Part shown: positions 37,187 to 48,955 of the stretch, one piece after another
How the letters are laid out: every line of letters begins with the position of its first letter
Position numbering within the stretch: position 1 is the first letter of the stretch
Origin: Carcharhinus amblyrhynchos
Lineage: Eukaryota
Direction of reading: 5' to 3'
Assembly: GCA_965287045.1 (NCBI GenBank)
Contig: OZ336882.1
Location: 44,206,001 to 44,270,000, forward strand
DNA length: 64,000 nucleotides
Program-made: the position numbers and the translations under genes
Notes under the pieces: generated by a model
Databases searched by the model: none
What the model saw: the letters and a program-made list of their open reading frames with translations, nothing else
Told to the model about the DNA's origin: nothing

Positions 37187-40026
37187 AACTATCAAACCTC
37201 TTTCCGGTTAATGAGTTTCCATACATTGATATTTATTGTATATATGCACCTCTGACCAGATATTATCTCTAGACCAATTGATGTAGATTATCTGGGTCGG
37301 GACCAATTTTCAAATCAGGAATCAAATAACCAAACCTAACTTAAACTATTAAACATGTGCTTCTGCTCTGTAGCTAGCAGTCATGAGAATACTCTCATTT
37401 CTATTCAGCTGGGGATGTGGAAAACATTGGCCCTGAAGGGTTAACAACACAACTTAAATTATCTTAAGAGCTGGTCATAAGCTAGCAACTCCTGGGAGAA
37501 ATATTGAATCCCACACATGGGAAAACTGATGTCATGCCCCCCTGTGTTAAGAAACACTGACACAGGAGTGTGGGAATGGAAGGGAAAAGACAGTAGGTGG
37601 AGAGGACTTGGAATTTATGTAGTAATTGAAAGGGGTAAAGCTGTAACTGAAAATGAGTACATAACTGGATTACGTAACTGATGCTGCCTGACTTGATTCT
37701 ATATACGTGAACACCAGTTAATAATTGAGAAATAGAAGTGATTAGTCTGGAATATTGATTTGATCTGAGATGCAAACTATTTAATATTGCCGTACAATTG
37801 TTTGAATAAAGAATTGTGCTTAATTCTTCCGCAATCTGTATTTAATATCACCTTAATTTTACGTGATTGTTTCAAACACATGGACAAAATGTAATAATAG
37901 GCATTAATACTGACTTTCCATGACTCAGTTCCAGATGTTTTAAGTAGCACATTCGACCTCAGTATTGGCACGAGTTTTCCACTCAATAAGCTAAATCCAA
38001 GTTCAGCAAACTTAATTATTTTCCTTGCACAACCCTAATCAAATCTAAACTTTTTCATTCGGAGTAGAAATTTAACCTTTTCCCTCTTTTTGTTTTGAAG
38101 GTGTGACCACCCACGATTGTTGTGTTGAATGGGCAAGGAGCCAAGACTAACTAAGAGGGCAGCCAATGCACATCAGCAGGTCAAAAGGTCATCAATTTTC
38201 AAACTCTGGGAAAAAAGAATTCAACTAAATGCTAACTTAATTCATGTTTCCATGATCTGACTTCAACCTCCTTAGCCCCAAGCTCTGGTTTATTTTTGAA
38301 CAGGAAGCAGATTTTTAAAAACGGTATAACATAGCAGATTTGCACTGTAAGTTAATCAAACACTGAGCTTCACAGGTACTGATTTTAACTATCAAATGGC
38401 AAAATGCAGGCATCATTTCAAACATTCACAGTGCTAAACAAATTTAAAAAAATATTCTTCAACACTTTTAATGTCAACTGAAAAAGTCGTCTCCTCTATT
38501 TCAGTTGATTGGTGCAGACAGTACTTTAACAAATTAATTCATCTCATTCAGCAACTCTTTATTGTGCAGAAATTTACTTGTTAATATTTGTTGTTATTCT
38601 GTGTTTTGGTATTTTGATAAGTCACCCATTTAACTATAAAATTATTTGGTACCAAAAATAAGCAAAAAAGAGATGTGCTCTGAATGGATGTCACCTGAAG
38701 ATGAATTTTCCCTCTGTTTTGCAGTTGTATTTTCCTGAATAAACATGGCAGTGGAAGCCCGTGGGGCCCAGAGGAATAACACTCCTGCTTCTCATGTTTC
38801 CACAGGCAAAGTTTTTTTTGTGTCGTTTTTTTGTGGCCTCTTCAAAGTAGCCCCCTACTCATGGCCCTTAGTTAAAATTTACAATCAGGCTGTGACAGTA
38901 TCGTCATGTGTATTTGAAAAAGAACCTGCCAGCTCCAAAGTTGGTAAGTGAACCGGGCAATTTTAACTGCCCGCTTGCCTGGTTTCCAGGTAGAACAAAA
39001 TTAATCCCCTTGTTCTTGGGTATGCCACAAAATTTAAATCACCGTTTCTTTATGTTTAATGGGATGAAGTTGTAACCATCAAACTTGCATGCTAAAACGA
39101 GAATTATTCAACAATAGTGTAAGTGAAAGATACTTGCAGACTGGTTTATACCTATAATATCTAGTGGAACATGTTGTTCATAAGACATTTGACAGCAGCT
39201 TATTTTTGTTTATAATGCCCCTCCCTTCATCTGAGTCTTATTCAATTGTGATCTTACTCAATGATTAAAGAACTAAATTTCCCCATTGTAGGCCTCTAGA
39301 ATGAACAATGGAGCATGAGGCCTCACACGTGAATCAGCCAGAGGTGCAGTGCTGCATCTCTGGTCAGTTGTGAGTCTGAGATGAAGCACTGTAGCTCTGG
39401 AGGATGAACACTGCAGCAATGGCCAGGAATGTAGAGCGGAACAACACCACATAGAATGAAGGTAATGTGTAGACTTCTGCATTTATAAAGTTTCCTTGGT
39501 ATAGTTGGCAGGTTTTTCATTTTTGCCAAAGATTTTGACAAAAGCGTCACTAATGATATATTTATTACTCAATAGCCAAATAAAGCTATGAAAGAATTTT
39601 CTAGTGAATTTTATTTAATTAAAAACAAACAGCTTCATCATGCATAACTTGAAAATTGTATTTAAAAAGAAAAGCTGTTTGGTGATATGAGCACTGTATT
39701 CTTTTTATTGTAAGCTTCTAAAAGTCTACAGATAGAGATTTTAAGTGTTATTTATGCTCAGGAAGAGGCTTTTTTGTCATGCACAAACTCATTAAAACAG
39801 TCAGACTTCATTAGAACAAACCCATGGGAAGAGGAAAAGTATTCCTTATCAGGGGCTCATCATCTCATTGCTTAATCTCTTTTCCTGCCCATAATTGAGC
39901 TTCTGCTCAGAACCGGAGAAAATATTTGCTGCAGGAAGAAATTTGCATGAATACACATTATATTTTACTGGCACGGTAGTTAATGTAGAAAAAAGGGGAA
40001 TGCAATATACTATCCTGTATGAGAGA

Positions 40027-40296
40027 TTATTTATTTATTACTGTCACAAGTAGGCTTACCTTAACACTGCAATGAAGCTACTGTGAAAATCCCCTAGTCG
40101 CCGCATTCCGGCGCCTGTCTGGGTACACTGAGGGAGAATTTAGCATGGCCAAAGCACCTAACTGACTGTGGGAGAAAACTGGAGCATCTGAAGGAAACCC
40201 AGGTAGAACATGCAAACTCCACATAGTCACCCAAGACCAAAATCAAACCTGAGTCCCTGATGCTGTGAGGCAGCAGTGCTGACCACCGTGCCACCC
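40027..40296 (-). mobile_element. V-SINE 'B' subfamily
   Basis: gtcacaagtaggcttacc...gggagaatttagcatggcc...ctgtgaggcagcagtgctgaccaccgtgccacc. Confidence 0.92.
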
Positions 40297-42844
40297 TGAT
40301 TGTATTCAGCCAGTCTGCTTAATTTGAAAAGGATGTCATTCACTAATGTCATGGGAGACTAACAGTCTGTCGCAATCAATCCTGAATGTTATTCTTCCCA
40401 CAGTATCATTGCATTGCCTATTTTTCACCACTTTAATTAATGGCATCACAGCTGCAATACCTCAGAATTTGAGAATTGTGACAGGATTCTTAATCAATCA
40501 GAAGTGTCACAAGAGGGATGTCAAGAAGCTGGTAGGTGGCGTTACTTGGATCACGTCCTCATGTAGAAAGGGTCACCTTTTTAATAGGCAATTCCCAATC
40601 CATTTCCTAGCCTTATCCCATGTATTCCATAAATCAAACTGGAAACTGAAAATTCAAAGTAATCTCAGTGCGATTCCAAAGCACTGTCACTGAAAAAGAA
40701 TATGTGCAGTACTGTCCCTGCACTACTGTAAGAAAAAAAATCTGCTTTAGAACAACTTCAAAGAATCGCCATTTTGACTAACAAAATGGAAGCCTGATAA
40801 TAACAAACATTAATTACTTTATCCCTCTTAAAACTCAATCGCCATCATACAAGATTTTTTTTAAATCTTGTAATTGTTTTTGCTATTTGTGCCAAGGAAA
40901 ATAAGAACTTCAAATTTATTATACATGACAACAGATTTTACAAAACAAACTTAATTTCAAAGTTACTATTTGGATCAAATATACATATTTTTTGTCTTAA
41001 AAAGCTCACAATTAATTATGTGTGATACATCAGGATATTAAAAGCAAAAATGCAGGAAATCTGGATTAAAGGTAGAGATTGTTGAAAGATTGAAGCAACT
41101 TAGTCAACATCTGAAAGAGAAATACTGGTTAATAGCTTTAGGTGAAACTATTGATAAGAATCTAGAACATGTACATCTCTTTCTCTTTAAAATGTTGATT
41201 GACTTGCCACTGTACATTTCTGCAATCTATTTTAGGGATATAAAGATAAGTTTTGTGAAGCAACATTCCCTGGGAGGAGCTTCATTCAACAAGAAACTGA
41301 CTATGAAGGTCAACATGTATAATTCACTAAAATCCAATCTGTCTGTATCAATTTTAGGAAGGGAGTCACCTTCACCAGGGATTCTCTGATCCACATTTCA
41401 GTCAAACGAAAATTTGTTAGGAATGGAGCCTCAGAAAACTTCCCCTGTGTATCAGTGTAGAGATTTCATTGCAGAGTGTATTTCTGATTAGATCTTGGAA
41501 GTTTCCTTTTGTAAATAAATGCTTTCTTAATAATAATCATACATTTGCTGATATATTCTGCACAAAAGATAACAGCATTGTTTTTATCTGATTGGGGTAC
41601 TCAGACCTTGAGCATTGCTGAGAGAAACAAAAGATTCATCAATTTAAGCAAAACTTGAGGACAGCCATTCCCAGGTTTATTCCTCGTGGCAATGCCTTGA
41701 CCAGAGTTAACCTGCCTGGTTTGATTTTGAACAAACTCTTGGCAGTTAACTGTTCCTAGTTGCTTCCTCCATGGCAGTGCCTCTATCAATTAGAGTCCAC
41801 TCGCCGCCTAATCAGTGCTCTTTTCTCATGCAATATCAGTTGTTGTTCCCATTACAATTAGTATTCTTGCAAACTGTCCTGGTGAGCGCGAGACAAAATG
41901 TTTCGATCGTGTGCTATCTTTTTACAGAAATACTCAAGCTCTGGACTACCAAGCAACTAAACATTTTGATGGTTTTGTTTACATATTTCCAAAATAAATT
42001 GTCAGAGGGAATGCTGTCAGATTTTCTATTCTGTAAGTAATGTATAAATAAAGCAGCAGAATGTTTCTCTTGAGAACGTTTTGTCTCTCCACATTCCATC
42101 GCTTCCGATCTTCCACTGACCTTCTCCTCAGGGTCCAGTTTTCCCAGGAATCCCTTCTGTACTGATAAGGGGATTCCTGGAAATACTGTTCTTGGGGGCA
42201 AGGCTTGGCAGCTGTTTAAGAAGATGAACAAACCAGGGATTGCATAGAAGCCTCTGAATTACTGTGGAAAAAATAGTTCTTTTGAATTATATGCGGCAGA
42301 ATATACCCAGAATAATGTAACCTCAATTTTACCTGTAAATAAACATCAATTATGAATTACTGAACTCAGTGTTTGAAATTATTTTCAATCTAGTCAAGTG
42401 TGTAGAACACCAACTTATTTTTATCTAAAGGGTCAGCACATTACTTTTTTGTTCATCTGCAGATTTAGATTTCTAATTCAATTCTTTTTCAAGTCAGTGA
42501 ATGCCAGTTAGGAACACCAGCTTATGCAGCCCCCATTTTAAATTATACTTTGCTATATAACTTGGTGGCTTGGTTTTTTTTTAAAGTATAAACTGCTTAA
42601 TCGCTGAATCAATTTATCCATTATACATCATGTCTCACATTGTAAGACTCACGCAAACCTATGATATGCTTGGTTTAATTATTTCATGAATGACAAAAAC
42701 AGCCTCACAACCTAAGATACAGAGCAAAAGAGAGAGCAGTGTGACCAATCATCTAAATAAGGACCCAAAAATATATGGGAACAATAAAACAATGACGACA
42801 ATTTTATTTACAAAGTAAAACATTCCCTATCCTAACTTAAAACA

Positions 42845-43050
42845 TGTCCGTTCAGCCATCACCTGTGTCCTTAATTGGATGACTGATAGTCACACTCCTC
42901 ATATTTGAAGTTCATGGACTCTGTATCTTAGGTTGTGAATCATCTGACCCACATTGGCTTCTGTTCCATCAGCACATCAATATTAAAATATTCATCTTCA
43001 TTTTCAAAACACACCATTGCCTGGCCCCTCCCTGTCTCTTTAATCTCAAG
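42845..43050 (+). mobile_element. L2 LINE fragment (inverted relative to 43065-43920)
   Basis: ccgttcagccatcacctgtgtcctt...ctgacccacattggcttctg (HITPVLxxLHWLP-like region). Confidence 0.7.
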
Positions 43051-43064
43051 TCAGATCTTGAATG

Positions 43065-43920
43065 AAGATTGACACCAAACCACGCAAAGAGACATTAAGA
43101 CAGGTGATTAAAAGTTTGATCTGAGTGGTAAATTTTCAGGAGAATATTAGGAGGAGGAAAGCAAGAAAGAGGCAGAGAGACGTAGGAAGAGAATGCTGAA
43201 GCACAGCAGTCAAGCCGTTAAAGGCATAGCAGCCAATCGTGGAGCAATTAAAATTGGGATCATATGAGGCCAGAAGTGGAGAAGCACAAGTAAATCAAAG
43301 GATTGTAGGGCTGGAGGTGATTACAGAGAAAGGGAAGGGGCAGGCAATGAAGGTTTTAAGAGTAAAGTAAAAAAGTGGAAACATAGTCACAAGTAAGGCT
43401 TACATAAACACTGTAATGAAGTTACTGTGAAATTCCTCTAGTTGCCACGGTCCGGCACTGGGTACACTGAGGGAGAATTTAGCATGGTCAATGCACCTAA
43501 CTAGCATGTCTTTCAGAATGTAGGAAGAGACTGGACCACCCAGAGAAAACCTACACAGACACAAGGAAAATGTACAGACTCCACGCCAAAATAGCCGAGA
43601 ATCGAACCCAGGGTCCCTGGCTCTGTGAAGCAGCAGTGCTAACCATTATGCTACCATAAATGAAGATGAATGTTTTAATATTGAGGTGTTAATGGAACAG
43701 AAGCCAATATAGTCAGCAAACACAAGGATAATGGCTAAATGGGACATGGTGAGAATTAGAGTATGGGCAGCAGAGTTTTAGATGAGCTGACATTTATGGA
43801 GAGTAGAAGATAAAAATTTATCAAGGAGTACACTGGAACCACCAAGTCTAGAGTTAACAAAAGCATAGATCAGGATCCAGCAGCAGATAAGCTGAGACAG
43901 GGGACAGAATGTGGAACAGT
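43065..43920 (-). mobile_element. L2 LINE 3' fragment interrupted by a V-SINE
   Basis: Purine-rich plus-strand text gggcagcagagttttagatgagc (LIQNSAAR-like on minus) and aagtctagagttaacaaaagcatagat (IHAFVTSRLD-like). Confidence 0.8.
43361..43656 (-). mobile_element. V-SINE 'B' subfamily nested in L2
   Basis: gtcacaagtaaggcttaca...gaagttactgtgaaa...gaatcgaaccca...gcagcagtgctaacca. Confidence 0.9.
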
Positions 43921-45809
43921 GATGGGCATCCTAGATCAGTGATTGGGAAGCATAAGTAGTCCTCCTTAATCTCAGTGGGCCACAAGATCAAAATCAGATT
44001 TGTTCATTAACTATGACCCTTGAATAAGATTAATACGTTTAATACATGCTGAATATTTCATAGCGCGTTATAGAAAAAGGTCAAATATTAATAAACTATT
44101 CCAACTACAATTGGTTAAAAATAACTTGGTTGATTGGACGCAGAGGGAGTGCACAACACTTGCAGTCAATGTTGTGCGCAATCAATACACACCTCATTTC
44201 ACATGTCTTCACTTAATATGTGCATCACTTCAGTCAGACCAGTGGGGGGAAAAAACTACGCAGGTGGAAACTAGAGAAATGGCAATTCTGCACATGGACA
44301 ACAGTCAATAAAACGTCTTGAGCTGCACTCAGGACCCTGATTCCTGATGAACTACATGTTGCCCCTGGGTGGCAGGGTGCCCACCACTTATGGAATGTCA
44401 AGATTTCAACTTATTTGTTTGTTACAAAGGTGGAAGGAAAATTGTTGCAAGTATTAATTAAAATTTGTGTCTTTTATCATGGCTTCTGTATTAAACTAGC
44501 AAACTAATGTTTCTAATGTAATAAACAAAAATAATCAAGAAAATAATGTACGTTATCTGTGTAGAACATTAGACATGCTTTTGTAATGTTTTCTATTGGA
44601 GGCTTGTACCTATGTTAGAGGCTAATGTTTGAGTTCCAACACTCCCCAAATCTATCACTAGAAATATTCAATAAGATAGAAGGCAATGGTTCTCTGAGGT
44701 TTGTGCCAGCGACATTCATTTTTTTCTAATTGGTTACTAGTATGTCATCATACATACCAAGAACCCCTTTCATGGAAAGGGATTGGGAAGAAGCCATCAA
44801 TCCCCTCCCATCCACATCACCCAACTTCCCAAGTAAACCATTATTAGGATCTGTGAAAATAACCAGAATTTAGTTTGTTTGTATAAAATACTTGCTTTTA
44901 AATTGTAAAGGCTTTCAGACACATACCTGGAAACAAAAGCAATGTATACAATCTACTAATGTACCTTCCACAATGAGAGGCCTCGAATGCATCAAGAGAA
45001 CTGAAAACAAAAATGCCTAGGAGAAAAGCAGCGAGTGGGAAGCCTGCACATTTAGTAATTTGTTTTAAGTGGTTATACCAGCTGTATTTCTTCTATTTAT
45101 GCAAATCTTGGAACTCAAAATAACCAGGAAAACAAAATGTTTCAAAATGACAAATCTAGAATAACTACACCATTATTTAAGCTTGCTGGGAGGTTTTTGT
45201 TAAAATGTCCCGATTTAAACAAATGTATTTAAGCAGAAACTTCAAGTATTGTTGGAAAGATATTTTCAACCACAGCTTTTAAACATACATCTCAACCCTC
45301 ATGATAAAAACTCGGACACAGATAATTTCACACATTCCAAACAGACATTTACTTATTTATATGAATCCAGCATGCAAGGGAAGGAAATGCATTAGTACGG
45401 ATATTTCTACTTTCCACACCCACCATCACTAAAGCTTCAATTACTGAGGTTAACCATTCAGTTCTGGGAGGTTTTATATATCCAGCTAATCTAACTTAAC
45501 TATCAAACGTTTTAACATAATAACACATGCTTGGAGTCGACAACATTGGTGAATGTTTTGCATTGTTAACTCTAAATACAGTTTAGTTTCAATTTCAAAA
45601 TCATTATTATAACTGAAACACATTACAAGAATTAAAGGGAATATTTCAGAATATGAGGCCCTATGTGTGAGGGATAAGGCTACCATCTTTGTAGGTTGCC
45701 ACCCCATTCCTTTGGTTGTTATACCAATGAAGAGTTTACCCACTCTGGTCCCCATACTGAAGCTGCTTTTACTAGAAATCCTTCCTTTGACAGACACAGT
45801 GCCTTTTGT

Positions 45810-46160
45810 TTTATTCATTTGTGGGACATGGGCAGTTAGGGATGGGCAATAAATGCTAGCCATCCCAGCAATGCCCATTTCAGAGGGCAGTTAAGGGTCA
45901 ACCATGTTGCTGTGGCCCTGGAGTCACATATAGGCTAGACTAGGTAAGGACTGCAGATTTCCTTCCCTAAAGCACATTTGTGAACCAGATGAATTTCTCC
46001 GACAGTGGTTTCATGGTCTTCAGTAGATTTTTAATTCCAGGTTTTTTTTATTAAATTCAAATACCACCAGATGCTGTGACGGGATTTGAATCCTCGTACC
46101 CAGAATATTAGCTGAGTTTCCTGGATGAACATTTAGTGATAACCACTAGGCCATCGCCTC
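45810..46160 (-). mobile_element. tRNA-derived SINE (14858 family) with internal micro-inversion
   Basis: Full core and head (gggatttgaatcc...aaccactaggccatcgcctc); tail segment 45830-45876 is inverted. Confidence 0.85.
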
Positions 46161-46726
46161 ATCCCACCCACCCACGATGACTGGTGGGAAAACTTGGAAG
46201 CAGGATGGCATTGCTGTGTCTCAGATGGAGATCCAGGGCAAAGTTTGCTGATTGAATAAATGTGTTCTCAACCTGCAACCTGATTCCCTGCTGATGGGTC
46301 TGTTTACATTAAATTTCACCAATTCTGCTTTGGATGGTTTGTATTCAGATATTCCCACATGGAACAATTAATGAACGCCAAGTAGAATTTCTTCCAGCTC
46401 TATAAAAAGATTGGGTTCAACATCAGCAATTATTTGGAGAAGAGGAGAATGTGGGATGGGGGTTGGGAGGGGGGAGTCCTGAGGAAGGACCGGGACCAAA
46501 ATGAGGCTTTCCTCAGATCCTGCCAAATTTACCATTGCCCAGTCATTCAGATCGAAATACTGCGTCGACTTTTGGCTCCAGACAGCAGCCCAGGAAAGGG
46601 CAGGGAGGAGGGATTGAAGCAGCTGGAGTGGGGGTGGGGAGAGAATCAGAGATCAGCGAGGAGAATTAAGCTGTCGAGGAGGTGAGGTGAAGGCTGAGAG
46701 TCATGGTGATCAGAAGGGTGGAGTGG

Positions 46727-47243
46727 AATAGAATCATAGAGTAGAATCACTACTGTGCAGAAGGAGGCCATTCGGCCCATCAAGCCTGCACTGACAACAG
46801 TCCTACCCTAGTCAAAGCAAAATCCTGTGGATGCTGGATTGTGAAACAAAAACCCAAAATGCTGGAAAATCTCAACAGGTCTGACAGCATCTGTGGAGAG
46901 AACAGAGCCAATATTTTGAGCATGAGTTACCCTTTGTCAACACTCCATTGATGCTGTCAGACCTGATGAAAGTTTCCAGCATTTTCTGCTTTTAATCTCA
47001 CCCAGATCCTATTCCCCATAACCCAACCTATTTATCTTGCTAGTACTATGGGGCAATTTAGCATGGCTAATCAACCTAACCTGCTTATCTTTGGATCATG
47101 CGGGGGAAACTGGAGTAAAGGAAACCCACACAGATCCAGAGAGAATGTGCAAACTCCATACACAGTCACCTGAGGCCAGAATTGAACCTTGGTCCCTGAC
47201 ACTGTGAGGCAGCAATGCTAACCACTATGCCACCATGCTGCCC
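46727..47243 (-). mobile_element. HE1 V-SINE interrupted by a foldback insertion
   Basis: atagaatcatag...gaaggaggccattcggcccatc tail; head ctgtgaggcagcaatgctaaccactatgccaccatgctgccc. Confidence 0.9.
46814..46994. mobile_element. Palindromic Penelope-related insertion
   Basis: Minus-strand copy of the 51696-51830 repeat followed by a partial plus-strand copy; arms 46856-46898 and 46943-46985 match at 38/43 positions. Confidence 0.75.
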
Positions 47244-47264
47244 TAATAATAAATCAAACCAAAT

Positions 47265-47403
47265 TAGACTTTTAATCCTTAATTTTTATTGAATCTAAAT
47301 TTCACCAACTACCATGGTGGGATTTGAACCCCAGCTCCTAGAACAATACTCTGGTTCTCTAGATTACTTGTCCAGCAATAATACCTCAATGCCAATGCCT
47401 CCC
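47265..47403 (-). mobile_element. 5' part of tRNA-derived SINE (14858 family)
   Basis: ttttattgaatctaaatttcacca...ggtgggatttgaacccc...gtccagcaataatacc. Confidence 0.7.
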
Positions 47404-48031
47404 CTACAAGGAAGGTTTGGGGTAGATGAGAGGCTGCATCACAGGAGGAAGGATAGAGTGAGGGGAGATGGGACAAATTAACCTGATGGAAGATTTTGGT
47501 TTGGGAAGATTGCCAATCACAGTGTAAAGGGTAGAAGGACAAAATCAACAATGAACTGCCCCACCCACCCCATCCAATCTTCATTCAAACTGTGAATGAA
47601 GGAGTTGGAGGCAAATTAGTGTCAGGAATGAGATTTTTAACATTTCTGCATCTCACACAACCCAGCTATTTTTTGGGGGATGGGTGGGTGCTGGAGTTGT
47701 GGGTTATAACTTCCCTTATGATTTCATTTCATTACATTTTAAAGAAAAATAAGTTCCTTTCTCACTAATTTCTCAAACACATGCCAAGGGTTTCAGGGAG
47801 TCTGTCTCTCCCTGGCAGGCCAGTTTCCACTTGGGTTTCGAACCAGTATCTTGGGTTCATGTCACATTATGTGTAATCCCCATGACTTGCCTGGGCTTGC
47901 AACATCTCACTTACTGTCCTGTCTGGAGACAATAACATCTCTTTAACCTATGCTTAATGCTATCTCTACTCACATTGTCTGCACCTTTAAGACTTGATTA
48001 GCTGTAAAGACTCGCATTCTAATCAGTATTT

Positions 48032-48107
48032 TGTAAACTGAGTGTGTGCCTTTACATGCCCTATTTGTGATCAGACAGGGCATATAAAGGCACATACTCA
48101 GTTTACA
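48032..48107. other. 76-nt near-perfect inverted repeat (pre-miRNA-like hairpin)
   Basis: Arms 48032-48062 and 48077-48107 form 31 bp with one G:U pair and one C:A mismatch; 14-nt loop that can pair further. Confidence 0.9.
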
Positions 48108-48128
48108 GTTGAGTGAGTTCCGACCCAC

Positions 48129-48165
48129 TCACCTGATGAAGGGGCAAAGCCCCGAAAGCTAGTGG
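48129..48165 (+). ncRNA. Minimal type I hammerhead ribozyme (Penelope-associated)
   Basis: tcac-CTGATGA-a-GGGGC aaa GCCCC-GAAA-gc-TA-gtgg: both conserved boxes, a perfect 5-bp stem II, palindromic AGCT in place of stem III, and a 4-bp stem I (tcac/gtgg). Confidence 0.7.
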
Positions 48166-48332
48166 CATTTGCTACCAAATAAACCTGTTGGACTTCAACC
48201 TGGTGTTGGTGAAATTTCTTACTGTGTTAGGCCAGTTTCCCGCAGTTACGTGGGGGGATGGGGGGTGGGGGTTGGGTGTTATGGATGCATGTAAAATAGG
48301 AAGGACGCTCATTCCACCACGTTCCCACCCGC

Positions 48333-48641
48333 CCACGTCGCACAGTAGCTAGCATTGCTGCCTCAGTGCCAGGGACCTGAGTTTAATTCCATCCTCGGGT
48401 CACCGTCTATGTGGAGTTTGCATGTTCTCCCTGTGTCTGTGTGGGTTTCCTCCGGGTGCTCCGGTTTCCTCCCATATACCAAAGGTGTGTGGGTTAGGTT
48501 GATTGGCTATGCTAAAATTGACCCTAGTGTCAGGGGGATTAGCAGAGTAAATATGTGAGGTTTCAGGAATAGGGCCTTGGGTGGGATTGTGGTTACTGCA
48601 GACTTGATGGGCCTCCTTCTGCACTGTAGGGATTCTATGAT
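48333..48641 (+). mobile_element. HE1 V-SINE (CR1 tail)
   Basis: V-domain gtgggtttcctccgggtgctccggtttcctccca; tail gatgggcctccttctgcactgtagggattctatga. Confidence 0.93.
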
Positions 48642-48799
48642 AGTTGGGGAAAGGGGGGTGCGCAGGTGGACACTGAAATCGGCAGTCCAACTGCCATATT
48701 TGAATGGATAGTTAAAGGTCAAATAGACTTGTTATCAAGCCCACTGATGCTGATAATACAATAGGCAATCTTGATTCAACTTTACAAAATACAGATCAT

Positions 48800-48955
48800 C
48801 TGCTTATTCTCACATTTTCTTGATGTTTGCGAGTGTATCCTGTGCAGAAATTGACTGCCGTGTCTGCTACACAATAGCTTCAAAGGAACTTTAATTACGG
48901 TAAAACTCTTTGGATAATCACCAATGGTGCTACATAAATGCAATTCTTTCTTTAG
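48800..48955 (+). mobile_element. DeuSINE 3' portion
   Basis: ctgtgcagaaattgactgccgtgt...gtaaaactctttggat...ggtgctacataaatgcaattctttc. Confidence 0.65.

Larger units (their letters stand above)
47829..48228 (+). mobile_element. Penelope-like element 3' end (ORF terminus plus pseudo-LTR) with 12-bp TSD
   Basis: Ends an ORF as NQYLGFMSHYV*, similar to the NRDLGFMSHY terminus I recall from vertebrate Penelope-like ORFs; carries a hammerhead motif and aataaa; flanked by AGGCCAGTTTCC at 47817-47828 and 48229-48240. Confidence 0.85.
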
